From Dehalococcoidia bacterium (GTDB taxonomy: Bacteria > Chloroflexota > Dehalococcoidia > GIF9 > UBA5629), in NCBI GenBank assembly GCA_034429715.1, contig DAOUFR010000011.1, positions 1,601 to 65,600 on the forward strand: DNA of 64,000 nt, in the 5' to 3' direction. The position numbers and the translations under genes are program-made. The stretch's first letter is position 1. Every line of letters begins with the position of its first letter. This document shows, one piece after another, positions 57,761 through 64,000 of this stretch. The notes under the pieces are model-generated. The model saw only the letters and a list, made by a program, of their open reading frames with translations, searched no databases and was not told the DNA's origin.

Positions 57761-58777
57761 CTACGGGTTACTTTCTCTGAAGTATTTCTCAATATCCATA
57801 TTCCAAACGTAAAATGCTAATACAATTGATACCCAGTCAATTGTTGGAATATCAAAATCTGTTTGGAATATTTTCACTCGTTTGCCTATTTTACCCATGT
57901 TACGAACATGTGTTGTATAACGTTGTTCAATCTCTTGAATAGAATATATTCTTATTGCACCATCGCAGTGTATGAATCGAGGATTGTCTGGTACATAAAT
58001 GCCATGAAAATAGCGGCTTCCTCTTATACTTACTAGTTCTTTTTTAGGTAACTCTTCACAGATAAAATGTATTTCGTTATCTCTCGGAGCCCAAACTAAA
58101 TCTGTAAATTCAACATCAGGCTGAAAGCCATGATTTGGAAGCCATTTCATATGACGATCTTCTTTTAGACTACTAATATCCTGCCAATCAAGTTCCTTAC
58201 CATAAACCCACATCTTATATTCCGTGGGCCTATAGGTTGATGCCTCTTGCACCATTAATGGATCTAATCTGATTCTTATTTCTCCCTGTTTGGCAAGGCG
58301 AAACAGAATATGCGATAACCAATATACTGAATTTATTGAGTAGGCAATTGAAGGAAGAATCTGAAATACTGTGGAACCTCTTTTTAAATAACGCAAAGAG
58401 GTATCAAATTCACTCAATCTAACCAAGCAATTATTATCCAGTTCTATCCCATTCAGATTGGGATGGTCGTATGGCTTAATTTGAGGTGAATTTTTGCTGG
58501 TTTTCAGTAGCGAAATCCTTTTAGTAGCAATAGCTCTATCGATGAAATGACCTATTACCCAATTCACATCAATGTCGCCGTGCAAGTTTGCCAATTCTTT
58601 ATACCAGGAAGGTTGATATTGCCGATCTAGAGTATTAATTTGCGTTAAACGCTTCGACAACTCGCGAAGCATCCTGCCTACTTTAGAATTCTGTTTAATG
58701 TTTTCTGCTATCAGAAATACACTTGAGGTATCGGATGTACTAAAGTAATCAACTATTTCACTTGGAATCTCTATCAT
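57761..58777 (-). CDS. Hypothetical protein (338 aa) with a conserved-looking polar C-terminal motif cluster
   Basis: Long ORF in AT-rich DNA, co-oriented with the DUF4062 gene 43 nt downstream; SRYFHGIY..HCDGAIRIY..HVR..GK motif. Confidence 0.7.
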   Translation of the reverse strand: MIEIPSEIVDYFSTSDTSSVFLIAENIKQNSKVGRMLRELSKRLTQINTLDRQYQPSWYKELANLHGDIDVNWVIGHFIDRAIATKRISLLKTSKNSPQIKPYDHPNLNGIELDNNCLVRLSEFDTSLRYLKRGSTVFQILPSIAYSINSVYWLSHILFRLAKQGEIRIRLDPLMVQEASTYRPTEYKMWVYGKELDWQDISSLKEDRHMKWLPNHGFQPDVEFTDLVWAPRDNEIHFICEELPKKELVSIRGSRYFHGIYVPDNPRFIHCDGAIRIYSIQEIEQRYTTHVRNMGKIGKRVKIFQTDFDIPTIDWVSIVLAFYVWNMDIEKYFRESNP

Positions 58778-58949
58778 AGCCTAATACTAATTATTAAATA
58801 TCCTACTTTAAAAACAGTCAACATTTTGGTGTCAAAGCACCTTTTCTTATCCGCATATGCAGTACTATAGTATATGTGGGGGCCGAAGTTAGCCGTATAT
58901 GACGAATTTTTATCCACACTTCACAACTTCTCAAGGGCTGTTTATCCTT

Positions 58950-60692
58950 TCATGCCGCCACCAGTTCCCTGGCCCCGCTTTTCCATTTCTCGGCGTTTTT
59001 GATCAAGGCCTCTGCGCCCTTCATCATAACCCCGCCGTTTCTCTCGGAACCGAGCATGACGGCCAGTTCCCTGATGCGATCCTGTCCTTCGATGGTCTCA
59101 ACTGTGCTTGAGGCCCGCCCACCCTCGATGACCTTATTCAATTTGAAATGAATGTCGCCGAAACAGGCGATCTGAGGCAGGTGTGTTATACACAGCACCT
59201 GATGGAAGCCTGCCAGGCTGCCCAACTTGCGTCCGACGGAGTCCGCGCTCCTGCCACCCACTCCCATGTCTATCTCGTCGAAGACGAGCGTGGGAATGGG
59301 ATCAGCAATCTTGAGCGCGCTCTTCACAGCCAGCACGATGCGTGAGGTCTCTCCTCCCGAAGCGATGGCCGACATAGGCCTGATGGGTTCACCTGGATTG
59401 GTGGCCACCTGAAACTCCAGCCGATCGATGCCGTCCCCCGTGTAGGCATATGCTTTACCGCCGGCCGCTGAAAGCCCTTGAGCATCCTCCCTGCGCGAAA
59501 GTGCGATATCGAACCTGGCCCATTCCAGACCGAGATCGGCGAGCTCGCTGTTGACCAGCCTGACCAGCTTTTCCGCGGCACTGCGCCTGGCCAGAGAAAG
59601 CTCTTCGGCTTTCCTGCCCGCTTCGGCCTTGAGCTCCGCCCTCTCGGCCTCCAGCCTTGCCCTCGTCTCTTTGCCGTTGCGCAATTCCAGCAGCTCGGAT
59701 ACAGACTTATCCCTGAAGGCCTTTACGGCGTCGATGTTGCTGCCGTATTTGCGTTTCAGCGCCGAAAGCATCTCGATTTTATTCTCGATCTCCTCCAGCT
59801 TTTCCTGACAACTCTCCACGTTTTCAGCATAAGCCCTTAACTCCCGCGCCGTCTCCTCGATGGCAGCCAATCCACCCTCCAGTCCTTCGGAAAACTCCGC
59901 CAGGCGTGTATCGGCGGAGCTGATGCCCCGCAAACAGGTGAGCACTTTATGCATGAGAACGGACACAGACCGATCTTCGCCGTAGAGGATTGCATAGGCG
60001 TCAAGGCATCCCCCGCTGATGGCGCCGGCCCTGCGATAAATATCCCTCTCCCTGAGCATAGCTTCCTCATCCACCTCGTCCAGCCCGGCGGCGTCTATCT
60101 CATCGATCTGATACTGGAGCAGGTCGATATACCCGTCCTTTTCCCTGTGCTCCAAAGCGCCAAGGATTTTCTCTTTGGCCCGCAATTCCTCGATTATTCT
60201 CCTGACCTCTTTACGCCTGCCTTCCAGTTCGCCGTACTTATCAACCAGCATCAGCTGATTGGCGCTATCCAGCAGGGACAGATATTCCATCTGGCCGTGA
60301 ATGTCCACCAGATGTCGTCCTATCTGCCTCAGCAGCGAGAGAGGCACCGCTCGATTGTTGACCCTGGCGATACTCCGGCCGCCCTCTTGAAAGTCGCGCG
60401 ATATCAGCAACATCCCGTTGGCCTCGGGCTCGATGCCGCTCTCCTCAAGTATCCCCCTGATCAGGCCGATCGTGACCTCGGACGGCCAGAATATAGTCTC
60501 GACATGCGCCGCCCTGCTTCCGCTGCGGATCAAACCAGATGGCGCCCTGGCGCCCATCAGCAGGCTCAAAGCATCCACCAGCAGCGATTTGCCCGTGCCC
60601 TCATCCCCGCTTATCACGTTTAAACCCGGTACAAAACGTATGGAGATATCCCGTATAACAGCGAAATTCCTGATATGCAGTTCTCCTAACAT
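58950..60692 (-). CDS. recN: DNA repair protein RecN
   Basis: IRNFAVI, SGDEGTGKS, VDIHGQ, ASGGETSR, FDEID, CITHLPQIA. Confidence 0.96.
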   Translation of the reverse strand: MLGELHIRNFAVIRDISIRFVPGLNVISGDEGTGKSLLVDALSLLMGARAPSGLIRSGSRAAHVETIFWPSEVTIGLIRGILEESGIEPEANGMLLISRDFQEGGRSIARVNNRAVPLSLLRQIGRHLVDIHGQMEYLSLLDSANQLMLVDKYGELEGRRKEVRRIIEELRAKEKILGALEHREKDGYIDLLQYQIDEIDAAGLDEVDEEAMLRERDIYRRAGAISGGCLDAYAILYGEDRSVSVLMHKVLTCLRGISSADTRLAEFSEGLEGGLAAIEETARELRAYAENVESCQEKLEEIENKIEMLSALKRKYGSNIDAVKAFRDKSVSELLELRNGKETRARLEAERAELKAEAGRKAEELSLARRSAAEKLVRLVNSELADLGLEWARFDIALSRREDAQGLSAAGGKAYAYTGDGIDRLEFQVATNPGEPIRPMSAIASGGETSRIVLAVKSALKIADPIPTLVFDEIDMGVGGRSADSVGRKLGSLAGFHQVLCITHLPQIACFGDIHFKLNKVIEGGRASSTVETIEGQDRIRELAVMLGSERNGGVMMKGAEALIKNAEKWKSGARELVAA

Positions 60693-60736
60693 AGCGCGCC
60701 TCCTGTATTCGCAGGAAATAATACATTTGTTCTACT

Positions 60737-60766
60737 ATCATAAAGAACAAACGTTCTATTTGTCAA
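60737..60766 (-). promoter_or_regulatory. recN promoter with a LexA (SOS) box in the spacer
   Basis: -35 TTGACA (60766-60761), -10 TATGAT (60742-60737); AGAAC-AAAC-GTTCT at 60744-60757 is the Gram-positive/Dehalococcoides-type LexA box. Confidence 0.88.
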
Positions 60767-60823
60767 ATTGACATGGGGGGCAGGTTGCGGTTAAGGTTGG
60801 GGGTAAATTCCTGATAGGCCTAC

Positions 60824-62521
60824 TCAGCGCCTTACGCCGCCAGGGAAACCGCCGCCAGGCATGCCGCCCGTTGTCGTGCCGCTGCCGGTTAAAATGCTGG
60901 AAACGGTGAAGCTGGCAACCTGCGTGCCGGGTATATAGGCGCCGTCGGTATATAAGCCGTCCAGTGCAGTGCCGGTTGACCTGCCTCCGCAGTATACGAT
61001 ATAGGTTGTACCGTTTTGCAGTTTGGAAGAGGATAGCACGACCGACTGGTATGCCTTTGACGGCGCGAACGTAAGGATCGGCTGGCCTTCCGTAGACTCA
61101 ATATGAATTAAAGCATTTGCTGGTTGAGCCGACGAAAGATTCATAATCACCGCATACTGGGTGGACGATGTGTCCGGGGCCTGCGCCATGCCGGAGCTAC
61201 CGACCGCCAGCAGGAAGCCGCCTGTCATTACAAACCCGCTGTGATCCAGCGCACCGTTATCGTTGGCCGTGGGGCCGTTCACGATAACCAGGCCTCCGGT
61301 CATACTGATTTTTCCATTCACATCAAGGCCGTCACCGACAGCATCAATAATCGTGTATCCGCCGTTGATATTCAGATAGTTGTTGCCGGAAGACTCGAAG
61401 GCATTCTGGCCCGGCCTTCCGTCGATCGAGGAGCCGTCATTACCACCGGCGACGTTTACCCCGTCATCACTGGCGACAACGTGAATATCTCCGTTATTGA
61501 TCGTCACAGTTGCGCTTTCAATGCCTTCATAAGATTTCTTGATACATACATCTCCGCCATTGATCTCCAACGTAGAATCCGAATGTATCCCGTCGTCTCC
61601 CGATGTTAAAACAATGATGCCGCCATTGATCTTCAAACTGCCGTTCGAATGCAGGCAATCATCTGCCGAATCTATTTTGATATTGCCGCCGCTGACAACA
61701 ACGTTCGTTTCCGCTTGAATACCATCCATGGCAGCAGCTATATCTACAGTACCGCCGGAGATATCAACATATCCCTTTTGCGCATCCTCATCGTTATTGG
61801 ATTGCATCCCGTCGCCGCCCGCATTAATCCGGATATTCGCGTTTCTCACGGTCACCGAGTCTCTGCCCCTGATACCGTCGTTTACTGCATTTACAACGAT
61901 ATTTGCGTCAGTGATTTCAAGGTCATCCTTGCTTTGAATCCCGTTATTATAATTCGCGTTAACCGTCAGCGATCCTTTTCCGTCAATAGTCAGGTCGTCC
62001 TTGCTGAAAAGCGCTGCATTGGGCTCGTCAGATGTTGAATCTGCAAAAATGTAAGAGCTCCCGTCTGTTATATAATTTTCAGTTCCATCAGCCAAAGTGA
62101 TAATGGTTTGTTTGGCTTTGTCGATATAAATCGCAGCGCCGGTTGAACAGGTTATATCCACTCCGTTTAAAACTAAATTAATAGTCTCTTTATCCTCAGT
62201 TTGCACTACAATCTGCCCGTTGTTGAGTGTGCCGCTAACAATATACTTGCCGGAAGAGGTGATGGCTATTCTATTGCCGTCCACTACCCCACCGCTCCCG
62301 TCCAGGATTATCGAATCGCCTTTCAACACGATGCTGGATATCCCTGAGCCGTCATCGCTCAAATCCGGATCTTGTTTTATGTCAACTATTGTGCCGTCCG
62401 TGTTATCCAATCCGCTTTCAGACTGGTATGCAGATACGGCGCCGGAAGAACCGGCATCGATGCAGGTAAAAAGAGGGAAGGCCAGAACCAATATGAATAA
62501 TAGTGCAATTATTTTCTTCAT
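60824..62521 (-). CDS. Secreted DUF4353 / Cthe_2159-like beta-helix carbohydrate-binding protein
   Basis: Signal peptide; ITSSGKYIVSGTL, GNYNNGI.SKDDL, repeated DGI/DGV beta-helix turns; GGMPGGG tail. Confidence 0.85.
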   Translation of the reverse strand: MKKIIALLFILVLAFPLFTCIDAGSSGAVSAYQSESGLDNTDGTIVDIKQDPDLSDDGSGISSIVLKGDSIILDGSGGVVDGNRIAITSSGKYIVSGTLNNGQIVVQTEDKETINLVLNGVDITCSTGAAIYIDKAKQTIITLADGTENYITDGSSYIFADSTSDEPNAALFSKDDLTIDGKGSLTVNANYNNGIQSKDDLEITDANIVVNAVNDGIRGRDSVTVRNANIRINAGGDGMQSNNDEDAQKGYVDISGGTVDIAAAMDGIQAETNVVVSGGNIKIDSADDCLHSNGSLKINGGIIVLTSGDDGIHSDSTLEINGGDVCIKKSYEGIESATVTINNGDIHVVASDDGVNVAGGNDGSSIDGRPGQNAFESSGNNYLNINGGYTIIDAVGDGLDVNGKISMTGGLVIVNGPTANDNGALDHSGFVMTGGFLLAVGSSGMAQAPDTSSTQYAVIMNLSSAQPANALIHIESTEGQPILTFAPSKAYQSVVLSSSKLQNGTTYIVYCGGRSTGTALDGLYTDGAYIPGTQVASFTVSSILTGSGTTTGGMPGGGFPGGVRR

Positions 62522-62572
62522 ATCTATCTAATCTTCCCTCGTAATGACCTGTGAGTTTCGTTTACGCCTGTA

Positions 62573-63235
62573 TCAACTGACGAAAACTTCGACTTTGGCG
62601 GTCCCAGCAAGCTGATTGAGCTCGTTGGTAAAAGCCGACCAATCGAAGTCCGACTGCCGGCGATACTGATAGTGCAGGCTGACCCTGTCCTCCATGGTTG
62701 ACATGGTCTCCAGGTTCAATCCCCGCAGCTTTAACTTAAGGTAAGAAGTCAGCTTGTTTTCAACAGCCGGGTAAGAGGTCTGGTCGACGGCGATCATCAA
62801 ATGTCCCATGCCGAACATGGTCACTCGATTGTTTATCAGCCATTGTGTCCCCAGGGCCAGGAAAGCAACTGCAAACAAAAGGCCGGTGATCAGGTAGTTG
62901 CCGGTAGCCGCTCCGATGGAGGAGGCGATCAGAAGCAGCAGAAAGCCTATCTCGGCCGGATCTTTCACGGGAGTCCTGAACCTGACGAAGGACAGGGCGC
63001 CGAGCAATCCCAGGGAGAGGGGTATGGATGACTGGATTCCCAGGAAAAGAGTCGTGATGGACGGTCCGCCGATGAGAAAAGTGCGGTGCACGCCCGCCCC
63101 GATGTGCTTTGATCCATAGAACACCTGGTACATCAGATAGGCGACGATGGAAGCCAGCAATGAAAAACCGATGGGGATAAGCGCCTCCCATATTCCCATT
63201 TGTGATTCGAACAGTACGTTAAATTCTTCCCACAT
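62573..63235 (-). CDS. DUF4956 membrane protein
   Basis: LSLGLLGALSFVRFRTPVKDPAEIGFL. Confidence 0.9.
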   Translation of the reverse strand: MWEEFNVLFESQMGIWEALIPIGFSLLASIVAYLMYQVFYGSKHIGAGVHRTFLIGGPSITTLFLGIQSSIPLSLGLLGALSFVRFRTPVKDPAEIGFLLLLIASSIGAATGNYLITGLLFAVAFLALGTQWLINNRVTMFGMGHLMIAVDQTSYPAVENKLTSYLKLKLRGLNLETMSTMEDRVSLHYQYRRQSDFDWSAFTNELNQLAGTAKVEVFVS

Positions 63236-63252
63236 GATGTTCTCCTTGTAAC

Positions 63253-63999
63253 TTATATCTCGATTATTTTCCCCGAGGGCGACAAACGCCCGGCTGCGCC
63301 GGGCATCTCCATATGCGCTTCAATGCAGGATGAGTACTTGGAGAACCGGCTCCAGTCCACATCCAGTAATTGCAGGTCTTTTAGTGTGACGGGCAGATCG
63401 AGGCCCGAACCCTTGAGCTCTATGACTGCGCCCGGCAATTTAAGGTCGGTCTCACCGTTGCCGATGCTGCCGGTTAAACAGGTTGACCGGATATCGCTGT
63501 CCAGGGCTACTCTTTTTCCGCTGAAAACCTCGATGAAACGATAACGCCTGTAAGAGACCTTGATGATCGGCTGCAGCGGCGCCGGAGGCAAATAGCCGAA
63601 GTCCGCCAGTGTATCGTAGAGCAACGTTTTCGTGACGATGCCTTCACGCAGGCGCTTTAATTCCAGGCGCTCAGCAGGAACACTCAACTCGAGCCTCTGT
63701 TTGAAACTGGCGAAGCCCTCCCTCGATTTAAGCTCCAGAAACACAGTCTGCAGATCCTTTACACCTCGCTCATTACCGTACCAGCGGATGCGCACCTTGT
63801 CCTTGCGGTAATCGCCGGCTAAAGACCTGGTATGCTGGTCCAGGTCTGCAGTATCGAAATAGATACTGTTTATCTGCTCACAGGCATACTCAGGAGCCGG
63901 AGGGCATGCGTGACTCAACACTCCATATGCGAATTCAACTCTGGCAGGAGCGATAAAGAATTTCATCTCCATCCTGCGAGGCAGAAGGTCGGCGTTATG
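63253..63999 (-). CDS. VTC-domain (polyphosphate polymerase, CYTH-like) protein; frame open to the window edge, so possibly 5'-truncated
   Basis: (R)MEMKF, INSIYFDT, KVRIRWY, FLELKSR, VALDSDI, VIELKG, FSKY; no stop upstream of ATG 63972 within the window. Confidence 0.88.
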   Translation of the reverse strand, partial: HNADLLPRRMEMKFFIAPARVEFAYGVLSHACPPAPEYACEQINSIYFDTADLDQHTRSLAGDYRKDKVRIRWYGNERGVKDLQTVFLELKSREGFASFKQRLELSVPAERLELKRLREGIVTKTLLYDTLADFGYLPPAPLQPIIKVSYRRYRFIEVFSGKRVALDSDIRSTCLTGSIGNGETDLKLPGAVIELKGSGLDLPVTLKDLQLLDVDWSRFSKYSSCIEAHMEMPGAAGRLSPSGKIIEI

Positions 64000-64000
64000 G

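Larger units (their letters stand above)
56100..58850. mobile_element. AT-rich two-gene islet (horizontally acquired) between Fe-ADH and recN
   Basis: Sharp GC drop with TTA/CTA/TCA-rich codon usage. No integrase or flanking repeats identified; limits approximate. Confidence 0.6.

Noticed and set aside
58847-58918. DnaA boxes (TTATCCGCA 58847-58855, TTATCCACA 58910-58918)
   Set aside because: Only one perfect and one mismatched box, with no unwinding element or dnaA nearby; insufficient for an origin call.
1-64000. CRISPR array, rRNA, prophage structural genes, and the many 60-470 aa ORFs antisense to core genes
   Set aside because: No regularly spaced repeats, rRNA motifs or phage hallmark proteins were seen. 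Antisense ORFs in the GC-rich core are expected shadows of strong codon bias.

Overview
A 64-kb core-genome segment from a moderately GC-rich anaerobic bacterium, most likely Chloroflexota/Dehalococcoidia. That placement is inferred from an AGAAC-N4-GTTCT LexA box and the rpsF-ssb-rpsR-rpmH-rnpA-yidD-PQQ lipoprotein-yidC-jag gene order. Housekeeping and metabolic content: nfnAB, a Trp T-box ahead of trpB2, htrA, ileS (type 2, GIHH motif), ychF, ppsA, dgt-dnaG-rpoD, ffh, a LOG/beta-CASP/GNAT/MshA-like/PIG-L cluster, three FabK/NMO paralogues, three NDP-forming acyl-CoA synthetase-like genes (two GNAT-fused), phoBR-pstSCAB-phoU, a second RpoD-like sigma, a NiCo (czcD) riboswitch ahead of a CDF transporter, Fe-ADH, SOS-controlled recN, and a VTC/DUF4956/DUF4353 cluster. 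Two AT-rich insertions stand out. (1) 13702-16581 is bounded by 22-bp inverted repeats and carries a short-variable-loop tRNA with a Leu (UAA) anticodon on a full alanine acceptor identity (G1-C72, G2-C71, G3.U70, A73). It also carries a DDE transposase, a HEPN-like ORF and a winged-helix ORF ending in an SSB-like tail. These three AT-rich plus-strand genes use TTA in only 1 of 61 Leu codons. This is a candidate deliberate-mistranslation (UUA Leu->Ala) module, possibly anti-phage; it is the most interesting signal here and remains a hypothesis. (2) About 56100-58850 holds two genes, a DUF4062/TIR-like protein and an unknown protein, and is a candidate defence system. No CRISPR array or rRNA was seen. 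All family calls come from motif recognition by eye, not database searches.
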